This document shows, in pieces, positions 19,063-28,341 of a DNA stretch of 32,000 nucleotides; within the stretch, counting starts at the first letter, position 1; the number at the start of each line of letters is the position of its first letter. Both the position numbers and the translations under genes were made by a program. The stretch comes from Pseudomonas aeruginosa (GTDB taxonomy: Bacteria; Pseudomonadota; Gammaproteobacteria; Pseudomonadales; Pseudomonadaceae): assembly GCF_001457615.1 (NCBI RefSeq), contig NZ_LN831024.1, positions 450,001-482,000 of the forward strand, written 5' to 3'. Below the pieces are notes generated by a model, which was given only the letters and a program-made list of their open reading frames with translations, had not been told where the DNA came from and did no database searches.

Positions 19063-20982
19063 TTAGCGGTTGCGGGTCAGCAGTGCGGGGCGCTCGCCCT
19101 TGCGCCGCGGTTCCAGCTCGTCGAGCTGCTCGGCGGTGGGGAAGCGATCCATGCGCACCAGGTCGCGCTTGTTGATCACCACCGGCTGGCGGCTCGGCTG
19201 CTTGCCGGTGCCGTACTCGGACGGCTCGCGCAGCGGCGCGTCGCTCATCCGCGAGGCATTCTCGCGACCCTGGCCGCGCGGCTTGCCGGCGCGCGGTTTC
19301 TTCGCCTTGCCCTGGCCGGCACCCTGACCGCGAGCGCCGCCTTGAGCGGCGCCCTGGCTCTTGCCGCGAGCTTGGCCCTGGCCTTGGCCACGACCCTGCT
19401 GGCTGGTGCCGCCCTGGGGTTTCTGCTGGCCACCGCGGCGTCCGCGTCCCTTGTTTTCCTGGCCCTGGTAGGGGCTGACGTAGTCGGCGCGGTTGCCGAA
19501 ATTGTCGAAGTCGTCGTCGAGGAACTCTTCCGGATCGCGATTACCGTCGACTTCCGGCGGCCGATTGGGCTTGGCCGGACGCGCTTCGCGGCTCTGCCGC
19601 GGCTGCTGCGCTTGGCCGGCCTCGCGGTTTTCCTTGTTCTTGCCTCCGCGACGGCGGCGCTTTCCAGCCGGCTTCTCGGTACCGTCCTGGGCCGCAGCGA
19701 CATTGCTGTCGGGGTTGCTCGCCTGGGCGTCTTTCGGCTTGCGCTCGCGGCTGCTGCGCCGTTCCTTGTCGCGGCGCGGCTGCTTCTGCGGCGCTTCGCG
19801 GGGCTCCGGCTGGGCCACCTCGGGCAGCACGGCCTCGGGGTCGAAACCCTGGGCATCGCCATCGGGAATACGCTGTCTGGTCATCTTCTCGATGGCCTTG
19901 AGCAGCTTCTCTTCGTCCGGCGCCACCAGCGAGATCGCCTCGCCGCTGCGTCCGGCTCGGCCGGTACGGCCGATGCGGTGGACATAGTCTTCCTCGACGT
20001 TGGGCAGCTCGTAGTTGACCACATGGGGCAACTGGTCGATATCCAGGCCGCGGGCGGCGATGTCGGTCGCCACCAGGATACGCACGTCGTTGGCCTTGAA
20101 GTCGGCCAGCGCCTTGGTCCGCGCGTTCTGGCTCTTGTTGCCATGGATCGCGGCGGCCGGCAGGCCGTGCTTGGTCAGGTACTCGGCGAGACGGTTGGCG
20201 CCGTGCTTGGTACGGGTGAAGACCAGCACCTGTTCCCAGGCGCCGACGGTTACCAGGTGCGCCAGCAGGGCGCGCTTCTGCGGCGCCGGCAGGCGGAACA
20301 CGCGTTGCTCGATGCGCTCGACCGTGGTGTTCGGCGGCGTTACCTCGATGCGTTCCGGGTTGTGCAGGAGCTTGTTGGCGAGGTCGACGATGTCTTTCGA
20401 GAAGGTTGCCGAGAACAGCAGGTTCTGGCGCTTGGGCGGCAGCTTGGCGAGAACCTTCTTCACATCGTGGATGAAGCCCATGTCGAGCATGCGGTCGGCT
20501 TCGTCGAGGACGAGGATTTCCACGTGGGACAGGTCGACCTTGTTCTGCCCGGCCAGGTCGAGCAGGCGGCCGGGGCAGGCGACGAGTACGTCGACGCCCT
20601 TGGCCAGGGCCTGGATCTGCGGGTTCATGCCAACCCCGCCGAAGATGCAGGTGCTGTTCAGCGGCAGGTCGCGGGCGTAGACCTTGAAGCTGTCATGCAC
20701 CTGGGCGGCCAGCTCACGGGTCGGGGTCAGTACCAGCACGCGCGCCTGGCGCGGGCCGTGGCGGTGTTCGCGGTCGGGATGACCGGCGGGGAACAGGCGC
20801 TCCAGTACCGGCAGGGCGAAACCACCGGTCTTGCCGGTGCCGGTCTGTGCCGCAACCATCAGGTCGCGACCTTGCAACACGGCGGGAATCGCCCGCTGTT
20901 GCACGGGAGTGGGCTGGCTGTAGCCCGCAGCCTCCACAGCGCGGGCAAGCGCCTCGGAGAGTCCGAGGGAAGAAAAGGACAT
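19063..20982 (-). CDS. rhlE2: DEAD-box ATP-dependent RNA helicase, RhlE family, with long basic low-complexity C-terminal extension
   Basis: 639 aa. Helicase motifs: Q motif, [12 protein letters not shown] ([13 protein letters not shown]), [13 protein letters not shown]. The last ~260 aa are rich in R, K, G, Q, P and E. The name RhlE2 for PA0428 is from memory. Confidence 0.93.
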   Translation of the reverse strand: MSFSSLGLSEALARAVEAAGYSQPTPVQQRAIPAVLQGRDLMVAAQTGTGKTGGFALPVLERLFPAGHPDREHRHGPRQARVLVLTPTRELAAQVHDSFKVYARDLPLNSTCIFGGVGMNPQIQALAKGVDVLVACPGRLLDLAGQNKVDLSHVEILVLDEADRMLDMGFIHDVKKVLAKLPPKRQNLLFSATFSKDIVDLANKLLHNPERIEVTPPNTTVERIEQRVFRLPAPQKRALLAHLVTVGAWEQVLVFTRTKHGANRLAEYLTKHGLPAAAIHGNKSQNARTKALADFKANDVRILVATDIAARGLDIDQLPHVVNYELPNVEEDYVHRIGRTGRAGRSGEAISLVAPDEEKLLKAIEKMTRQRIPDGDAQGFDPEAVLPEVAQPEPREAPQKQPRRDKERRSSRERKPKDAQASNPDSNVAAAQDGTEKPAGKRRRRGGKNKENREAGQAQQPRQSREARPAKPNRPPEVDGNRDPEEFLDDDFDNFGNRADYVSPYQGQENKGRGRRGGQQKPQGGTSQQGRGQGQGQARGKSQGAAQGGARGQGAGQGKAKKPRAGKPRGQGRENASRMSDAPLREPSEYGTGKQPSRQPVVINKRDLVRMDRFPTAEQLDELEPRRKGERPALLTRNR

Positions 20983-21230
20983 GCGGGTTTTCCTATATGG
21001 GCCGGGGCGAGGCCGGCTGCTGTGAAATCACCAAGTTCTGCGAACTCCTGTCTACCTTCGGGCCCTGTCGGCCAGGGCGGAAGGTCTGGCCGCGGCGCTG
21101 CGTATGCGCTCGGTGGCCGGTGTCGAACGGGTGCCCTCGCGGGCATGGCCGCGCACCTGGTCGGGGCGCTGGCCGGTTCGCTCCCGGCCCTGGGTGGGGG
21201 GGCCGGGGCAGCGTCAACGGAGGGCTGCGG

Positions 21231-22301
21231 TCAGAGCAGGTCACGCTGGCGCAAATGCTGGCGGATCTCGTTGGCCCGGGAGCCAAGGAGGTTGCGCAGC
21301 AAACTGTGATTCAGCCAATCCTCGATTTGTTCCGCAATCGGTTCCTGCGGATAGCGTTCGATGGCATTGGTCGCGGCTTTCTCCCACCAGACGGGGCCGC
21401 AGGCCCGGTCGAACTCGTTACTGTATTCGTGGCAACCGTAGAGCAGTTCGATACTGAACTGGCGCATCGGAGCCGGCAACGGCAGGGTTCCCAGCTTGTA
21501 CAGCAGACGCTTGGCACGCGGTGGGCGTGGCAGTCGATCGGTCACCTTGAGGGTGTCGTCGAGGGCTGCAGCGCTGAGAAGGGAGGAACCGTGCTTGCAC
21601 AACCAGGCCTGGATCTTCGCGCGGAACAGCTGTTTCCGGCTCCAGTAATGGTGGATCAGGTCGGTACAACCCACCAGCTCCAGCCGCTTGTGGGCGGCGA
21701 CGGCCAGGACGAATTCCTCAAGAGTATAGGCACCGTTGGCAATTGGATAGAGTTCATCCATTAATTCCAACGAACGGTCGAGTATTTTCGCCTCTTCCCG
21801 AGGCAGGCCGATGACGCCGGAGTTGAGCTGGTGCATCTCGTCGTCGGCCCAGCCGCGCTCGAACAGGTAGGGCGAGAGGTCGCGGTAGAGCGGGAAGTTA
21901 CGGTGTTCGCCATAGCGCGCGCCGATCGCGTTGCACAGCAGGCTGCCGGGCTGGATGCGGTCGAACAGGCGCAGGGGCGAACTGTGGAAGAAGGTATCGG
22001 TGTCGATCAGCAATGCCTGGTCGGCGTCTTCCAGGGCGTCGCGCAGGGCCACGTGCTTGGCGCGGAAGTGATAGCCGTGCGGTTGGCACCAGGCGACCAG
22101 CTCCTCGGCCGTCACTTCGCGGACCTGCACCGGCAGGCCGGCGTAGGGACTGGGGTCGTCGGTATAAACCCTGACCGTCAGGCCATGCGCCGCCCCGTCG
22201 CGGAGGTGGGCGAAGGCGCTGGCGATGCTGAACAGGGCTTCCTGGTGGTAGGTCTGTCGCCCGTAGACCAGGTAGATCAGATGCTTGCGTGAGTTGGCCA
22301 T
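21231..22301 (-). CDS. Hypothetical protein, putative GT-A-fold (DXD) nucleotide-sugar glycosyltransferase-like
   Basis: 356 aa. The N-terminal strand HLIYLVYG, a DXD-like LLIDTDTFF at about residue 100, and a downstream NSGVIGL resemble GT8-like or toxin-type glycosyltransferases. The assignment rests on motif resemblance only. The 3' half has lower GC than its neighbours. Confidence 0.8.
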   Translation of the reverse strand: MANSRKHLIYLVYGRQTYHQEALFSIASAFAHLRDGAAHGLTVRVYTDDPSPYAGLPVQVREVTAEELVAWCQPHGYHFRAKHVALRDALEDADQALLIDTDTFFHSSPLRLFDRIQPGSLLCNAIGARYGEHRNFPLYRDLSPYLFERGWADDEMHQLNSGVIGLPREEAKILDRSLELMDELYPIANGAYTLEEFVLAVAAHKRLELVGCTDLIHHYWSRKQLFRAKIQAWLCKHGSSLLSAAALDDTLKVTDRLPRPPRAKRLLYKLGTLPLPAPMRQFSIELLYGCHEYSNEFDRACGPVWWEKAATNAIERYPQEPIAEQIEDWLNHSLLRNLLGSRANEIRQHLRQRDLL

Positions 22302-22370
22302 GTCTGTCGTGGATCGCGTGAGAGGCTTCCCTGCCGGTATACGCTGCCGGGCCGAACCGCGTGGGCGGTA

Positions 22371-23219
22371 TCAGCGTGGCAGCTGGAGATTCTTCCAGAT
22401 CGCCAGGCTCGGATCGGCCTGGTTCAAAGTATAGAAATGCAGTCCCGGTGCGCCGCCCTCCAGCAGGCGTTCGCACATCTCGCTGATGACCTGCTCGCCG
22501 AAGGCCTGGATGCTGCGGCTGTCGTCGCCGTAGGCTTCCAGTTGCTTGCGGATCCAGCGCGGCAGTTCGGCGCCGCAGGCGTCGGAGAAGCGCGCCAGCT
22601 TGGAGTAGTTGGTGATCGGCATGATGCCGGGGACCACCGGGATGTCCACGCCGAGCTTGGCGACCCGCTCGACGAAGTAGAAATAGGCATCGGCGTTGAA
22701 GAAGTACTGGGTGATGGCGCTGCTGGCGCCGGCCTTCACCTTGCGCACGAAGTTCGCCAGGTCATCCTCGAAGCTGCGCGCCTGGGGGTGGACTTCCGGA
22801 TAGGCGGCGACCTCGATGTGGAAGTGGTCGCCGGTCTCGGTGCGGATGAAGTCCACCAGTTCGTTGGCGTAGCGCAGTTCGCCGCTGGCCATGCCCATGC
22901 CCGACGGCAGGTCGCCGCGCAGGGCGACGATGCGGCGGATGCCGGCCTCGCGGTAGCGGCCGAGCAGTTCGCGCAACTCGGCTTTCGAGTCGCCGACACA
23001 GGACAGGTGCGGCGCGGTCGGCACCTTCACCTCGCCGTCCAGTTGCAGCACGGTACTCAACGTGCGGTCGCGGGTGGATCCGCCGGCGCCGTAGGTGCAG
23101 GAGAAGAAGTCGGGCTTGTAGCCCGCCAGGTTGCGGGCGGTGGCCAACAGCTTTTCATGGCCGGCCTCGGTTTTCGCCGGGAAGAACTCGAAGCTGAAAC
23201 GGCGTTCGCTCTGACTCAT
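22371..23219 (-). CDS. metF: 5,10-methylenetetrahydrofolate reductase MetF
   Basis: 282 aa from the ATG at 23219 (MSQSERRFSFEFFPAKTEAG...), with AAGGAA 6 nt upstream. The track start at 23243 is a GTG that would place this RBS inside the coding sequence. Confidence 0.92.
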   Translation of the reverse strand: MSQSERRFSFEFFPAKTEAGHEKLLATARNLAGYKPDFFSCTYGAGGSTRDRTLSTVLQLDGEVKVPTAPHLSCVGDSKAELRELLGRYREAGIRRIVALRGDLPSGMGMASGELRYANELVDFIRTETGDHFHIEVAAYPEVHPQARSFEDDLANFVRKVKAGASSAITQYFFNADAYFYFVERVAKLGVDIPVVPGIMPITNYSKLARFSDACGAELPRWIRKQLEAYGDDSRSIQAFGEQVISEMCERLLEGGAPGLHFYTLNQADPSLAIWKNLQLPR

Positions 23220-23285
23220 GATCGGTTCCTTGGACGCGACCACGGCCGCGCCTCTTCTTGTTGATTCCGACTAGCGCCGGGTACT

Positions 23286-23840
23286 TCAGTAGTACTGGCG
23301 GTAGTGCTCGATTTTTTCCCGCAGGCGTCGGGCCGTCGCGGCGTGGGCATGGCCGAGGCGAGCGAGGATCAGCTGCGACTCCTGGTGGTAGTTCGCGATC
23401 TTGTCCTGGTTCCAGGTCTGCGGCGGTGGCTGCAGGTTGGTGATGCGGTCGCACAGCTTGACCAGGGCGTACTGCGCCGGGCCCTCGGCAAGCGCCTGGA
23501 GATAGTCGTCGAGGGAACGCTTGGGGCCGTCGCCGACGCGCTTGCTCAGGGCCTGCACGCCGGCACAGACGAACTCGCCGAACTGTTGCCGCAGCTCCTC
23601 GGGTGAGGTCGCCGTGTCTTCCAGGGTGTCGTGCAGGACCGCGATCTGCAGGGTTTCCCCGAGCCGTTCGATGGCACCGTCGCGATCGGCGGCCAGCAGC
23701 TCGTTGGCGACCATGCCCAGGTGCACCAGATAAGGCAGCGGCGAGCCGCTGAGGGCCTGGTTGCGGTGGGCGCGGGCGGCGAACAGCCAGGCCTGGTTGT
23801 AGCGATCGGCGAGGTGCGTGGACATCGTGGGAGCGCTCAT
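23286..23840 (-). CDS. HD-domain small alarmone hydrolase (RelA/SpoT hydrolase-only protein)
   Basis: 184 aa with SpoT-hydrolase signatures: AARAHRNQALSGSPLPYLVHLGMVA and VLHDTLEDT (HD motif). I remember PA0431 being characterised as PaSAH, a (p)ppGpp/(p)ppApp hydrolase; verify this. The start is uncertain: neither the ATG at 23840 nor the in-frame ATG at 23825 has an SD. Confidence 0.85.
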   Translation of the reverse strand: MSAPTMSTHLADRYNQAWLFAARAHRNQALSGSPLPYLVHLGMVANELLAADRDGAIERLGETLQIAVLHDTLEDTATSPEELRQQFGEFVCAGVQALSKRVGDGPKRSLDDYLQALAEGPAQYALVKLCDRITNLQPPPQTWNQDKIANYHQESQLILARLGHAHAATARRLREKIEHYRQYY

Positions 23841-23846
23841 GCGAAC

Positions 23847-23871
23847 GGGGCAGGCGCATGGCGCCTGCCCC
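23847..23871 (-). promoter_or_regulatory. Intercistronic GC-rich stem-loop between sahH and the HD-hydrolase gene
   Basis: Perfect 11-bp stem GGGGCAGGCGC / GCGCCTGCCCC with a 3-nt loop. On the minus strand it begins 9 nt after the sahH stop and ends 6 nt before the ATG at 23840. No U-tract follows. Confidence 0.6.
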
Positions 23872-23880
23872 GTGGTCCGC

Positions 23881-25420
<1,540 letters not shown>

Positions 25421-25455
25421 GGCGGGAGCGACCCGAAGGGCCGCCTGAGCGGGCG

Positions 25456-25484
25456 ATTATAGCGGCGCCACATGAAACTCCCAA
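25456..25484 (-). promoter_or_regulatory. Candidate sigma70 promoter of the sahH operon
   Basis: On the minus strand: TTGGGA (-35, 25479-25484), a 17-nt spacer, and TATAAT (-10, 25456-25461). This would start transcription roughly 30 nt upstream of the aptamer. Confidence 0.4.
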
Positions 25485-25596
25485 GTCACCCCTGATACGC
25501 CGCTCGTCGCCGTGCGTCGTGTCCTCGGGCTGCGGCGATGCACCGCAGCGCAGAAGCGCGGGGAATTTGCGGGTCAGGATGCTAGAGTGCGCGGTC

Positions 25597-26013
25597 ATGA
25601 GAATCGCTCCCAACTCCCGCTCGCCGCTGCTGCAGTGGCTGAGCTTCGCCCTCTGTGCCTGCGTGCTGGTCAACGCGCTGGCTTGCGGCGTCCTGCACCT
25701 GCAGGCGCTGGGAGTGGGCAGCGACAAGGGGCAGAAGGCCAGCGTCGGGCTGTTCTGCGTCGCCGGTGCCAGCCAATGGCTATCCCTGGATCCCGACGAC
25801 GGGTCCGCCGGCGATCCGGTACCGGTCAATCCCCAGTTGCCGATGAGCTGCCCGATGTGCAGCGCCCTGGTGCTGTTCGTCGCGCTCGGGGTGATCTGGT
25901 CCTGGCGCTTGCAACGGCGACGCCAGGCGCGTTTCCGCCCGCCCGCCACGCGCGAGCCGGTGCCGCCCCGATACGTCTGGCCGCCGGCCAACCCGCGCGC
26001 TTCCCCCGCCTGA
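25597..26013 (+). CDS. DUF2946-like small membrane/secreted protein with CxxC (CPMC) motif
   Basis: 138 aa from the ATG at 25597 (MRIAPNSRSPLLQWLSFALCACVLVNALACGVL...). CPMC lies immediately before a second hydrophobic segment (SALVLFVALGVIWSW), and the tail is Arg/Pro-rich. The start is uncertain: an ATG at 25579 is also in frame, and the track start at 25318 overlaps the sahH leader and is rejected. Confidence 0.65.
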   Translation: MRIAPNSRSPLLQWLSFALCACVLVNALACGVLHLQALGVGSDKGQKASVGLFCVAGASQWLSLDPDDGSAGDPVPVNPQLPMSCPMCSALVLFVALGVIWSWRLQRRRQARFRPPATREPVPPRYVWPPANPRASPA

Positions 26014-26049
26014 TCCTGAACGCCCGCCGCGCCGGGCATTTGCATCCGT

Positions 26050-26107
26050 CGCCCGTCCTGCCTCGTCCGCGCAGCGCTCGCCGCTGTCCATCCGGACGAG
26101 GCGGGCG
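26050..26107 (+). promoter_or_regulatory. Long bulged stem-loop in the DUF2946-receptor spacer
   Basis: 15 Watson-Crick pairs: 26050-26055 plus 26061-26069 pair with 26093-26107 (CGCCCG[tcctg]CCTCGTCCG ... CGGACGAGGCGGGCG). There is a 5-nt bulge and a 23-nt loop. It ends 31 nt before the receptor ATG, and no U-run follows. Confidence 0.55.
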
Positions 26108-26138
26108 TGCCCACCATGCCTTGCTTCAGGATCGCTCG

Positions 26139-28331
26139 ATGAAAAAGCACTCCACGGCCCGCCGCGTCCTCGCGCTGGGTCTCAACCTCACCCTGGCCGG
26201 CGTTCCGGCCTTGCTCTGGGCCGATGAGGAACCCACCGAACTGCCCGCCCTCACCGTCAGCGCCGGCGCCGGCGGGGAAACCCCGCCGGCCCTCGATCTC
26301 GACGACAGCGCCGGCGGCGGCTCGCGCCTGGGCCTGAGCCTGCGCGAGACTCCCGGCTCGGTAAGCGTGGCCAACCGTGCCAGCTTCGAGCGGCGCGGCC
26401 TGCGCAGCACCCAGGACATCGCCAACAGCCTGCCCGGCGTGAACGCCTCGGCGCCGCCCGGCTTCGGCGGCTTCGTCACCTACCGCGGCTTCAGCTCGAA
26501 CCAGGTCAACCAGTTGTTCAACGGCATTCCGGTGCAATACAGCAGCGCCATGCGTCCGCTGGACGACTGGATCGTCGACCGCGTCGAGCTGGTCGGCGGT
26601 CCGTCCTCCTTCCTCAACGGCGCCGGTGCCGTCGGCGGCTCGCTGGACTACATCAGCAAGCTCGCCGACCGCTACGGCGATTTCATGGAAGGCCGGGTGC
26701 GCTATGGCAGCTACGACGATTCGGAAGTCGCCTTCGGCTTCAACCAGGCCCTGGGCATCGGCCCCGAGCCGAAGCACTTCGTGCGCCTGGACGTCAGCCG
26801 CAGCGGCGGCAACGGCTACGTCGACCGCAATTCGCGCGAATCGTGGAACGTCGCTTTCTCCCTGCTCAGCGACCTGACCCCGGACCTTTCCCACACCCTG
26901 GCCCTGGAGTACCAGGACGAGCAGGAAGACAGCCCCTACTGGGGCACGCCGGTGCTCAATCCCTACGCCGGCGAGCTGAAGATCGACAAGAGCCGTCGCC
27001 GCGAGAACTACAATGTCGCCGATGGCCGCTACGAACAGCGCGTGCGCTGGCTGCGCTCGATCCTCGAATACCGGGTCAGCGACAGCACGCGCTGGCGCAA
27101 CACCTTCTACCACTACGACGCCGAGCGCGATTACCGCAACCTCGAGACCTACCGCTACAACGCCGACAACAGCGGGGTGGTGCGCTCCAACGCATTCCTC
27201 CAGCGCCACGACCAGCAGCTCAACGGCAACCGCTTCGAGCTACAGCACAGCCAGCCGCTGTTCGGACTGGCCAGCGACTGGGCGCTGGGCTTCGACTACA
27301 GCATCAACAAGCAGACGCGCTTCCCGAGTACCGCCTCCGGGCCGTTCGGTACGGTCGATCCGGCCAGTTTCGAGCCGGGCCACTTCTACGACCTGCCGGG
27401 CATGCGTCCCGGCCACCGGAAGGACCGCAGCAACGAGGTGCGCACCAGCGCGTTGTTCGCCGAGAACCGCCTGGGCCTGACCGACGAGCTGTCGCTGGTC
27501 ACCGGGCTGCGCTACGACCACCTCGACCTCGACGTGCGCAACCATCGGACGGTGACCGCCAGCGATCCCGCACACTTCGAACGGCGCTGGGACGTGGTCA
27601 CCGGGCGCGCCGGGCTGGTCTACCAGTTCACCCCGCACGCCAACGTCTACCTGCAATACAGTACCGCCGCCGACCCGCCGGGCGGGGTGCTGACCAGCGC
27701 CAGCTTCGGTCAGGTCCGCGACTACGACCTGTCCACCGGCGACCAGTGGGAGCTGGGCAGCAAGTTCGATTTCCTCGACGGTCGCGGCAGCGCCACCCTG
27801 GCCGCCTACCGCATCGTCCGCCGGGACTTCTCGGTGGCCGACCCGAACAACCCCAACCTCAGCGTGCCGGTGGGCCAGCAGACCTCCAGGGGCATCGAGG
27901 CCGCCGCCTCCCTGCGGATCACCCCGAAGCTGCTGGCCGAGGGCAATTTCGCCTGGGTCGACGCGCAGTACGACGAGTTCACCGAGAACGTCGGCGGCGT
28001 CGCCGTCTCGCGTAAGGGCAAGACGCCGCCGAACGTGCCGGAGCGGGTCGGCAACCTGTGGCTGACCTACGACTTCGACCCGGCCTGGCAGGGCGGGGTG
28101 GACGCGCGCTACGTGTCCTCGGTGTACGCCAACAACGCCAACACCTGGCACGTGCCGTCCTACACGGTCTACGGGACTTTCCTCAGCTACCGGCTGGACG
28201 AGCGCACGCGGATCACCGGGCGCGTGCGCAACCTCACCGACGAGGTCTACGCGCGCTTCGTGCAGAGCACGCCGCTGTACTACGTCGGCGACCCGCGCAC
28301 CTTCGAGCTGAGCGTGCAGACGCGCTTCTGA
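26139..28331 (+). CDS. TonB-dependent outer-membrane receptor
   Basis: 730 aa from the ATG at 26139 (MKKHSTARRVLALGLNLTLAGVPALLWA signal peptide). TonB-box-like ELPALTVSA, plug motifs (ETPGSVSV, GFVTYRGF, VELVGGPSSFLNGAGAVGG) and a C-terminal beta-barrel ending ...ELSVQTRF. The track start at 25512 is rejected. Confidence 0.92.
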   Translation: MKKHSTARRVLALGLNLTLAGVPALLWADEEPTELPALTVSAGAGGETPPALDLDDSAGGGSRLGLSLRETPGSVSVANRASFERRGLRSTQDIANSLPGVNASAPPGFGGFVTYRGFSSNQVNQLFNGIPVQYSSAMRPLDDWIVDRVELVGGPSSFLNGAGAVGGSLDYISKLADRYGDFMEGRVRYGSYDDSEVAFGFNQALGIGPEPKHFVRLDVSRSGGNGYVDRNSRESWNVAFSLLSDLTPDLSHTLALEYQDEQEDSPYWGTPVLNPYAGELKIDKSRRRENYNVADGRYEQRVRWLRSILEYRVSDSTRWRNTFYHYDAERDYRNLETYRYNADNSGVVRSNAFLQRHDQQLNGNRFELQHSQPLFGLASDWALGFDYSINKQTRFPSTASGPFGTVDPASFEPGHFYDLPGMRPGHRKDRSNEVRTSALFAENRLGLTDELSLVTGLRYDHLDLDVRNHRTVTASDPAHFERRWDVVTGRAGLVYQFTPHANVYLQYSTAADPPGGVLTSASFGQVRDYDLSTGDQWELGSKFDFLDGRGSATLAAYRIVRRDFSVADPNNPNLSVPVGQQTSRGIEAAASLRITPKLLAEGNFAWVDAQYDEFTENVGGVAVSRKGKTPPNVPERVGNLWLTYDFDPAWQGGVDARYVSSVYANNANTWHVPSYTVYGTFLSYRLDERTRITGRVRNLTDEVYARFVQSTPLYYVGDPRTFELSVQTRF

Positions 28332-28341
28332 GGAGTCGTCG

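Noticed and set aside
19300-19460. Degenerate GC-rich short repeats, considered as a possible tandem-repeat element or CRISPR-like array
   Set aside because: The repeats are irregular in unit and spacing and lie in frame within the helicase tail, encoding G/Q/R/A low-complexity sequence. There is no repeat-spacer periodicity.
20983-21230. 248-bp region between rhlE2 and the upstream DXD-protein gene, examined for an sRNA, small ORF or clear promoter
   Set aside because: I found only weak elements: a CCCGGCC/GGCCGGG hairpin without a U-tract near 21185-21210, and no convincing -35/-10 pair. The small ORFs here are Pro/Arg-rich shadows. Nothing is supportable from the sequence alone.
19342-21309. 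655-aa plus-strand ORF covering the whole rhlE2 locus
   Set aside because: It is antisense to a gene with unambiguous DEAD-box motifs. Its translation is Ala/Gly/Leu/Arg-rich with no motifs and no RBS. This is the typical stop-codon-poor antisense frame of a high-GC genome.
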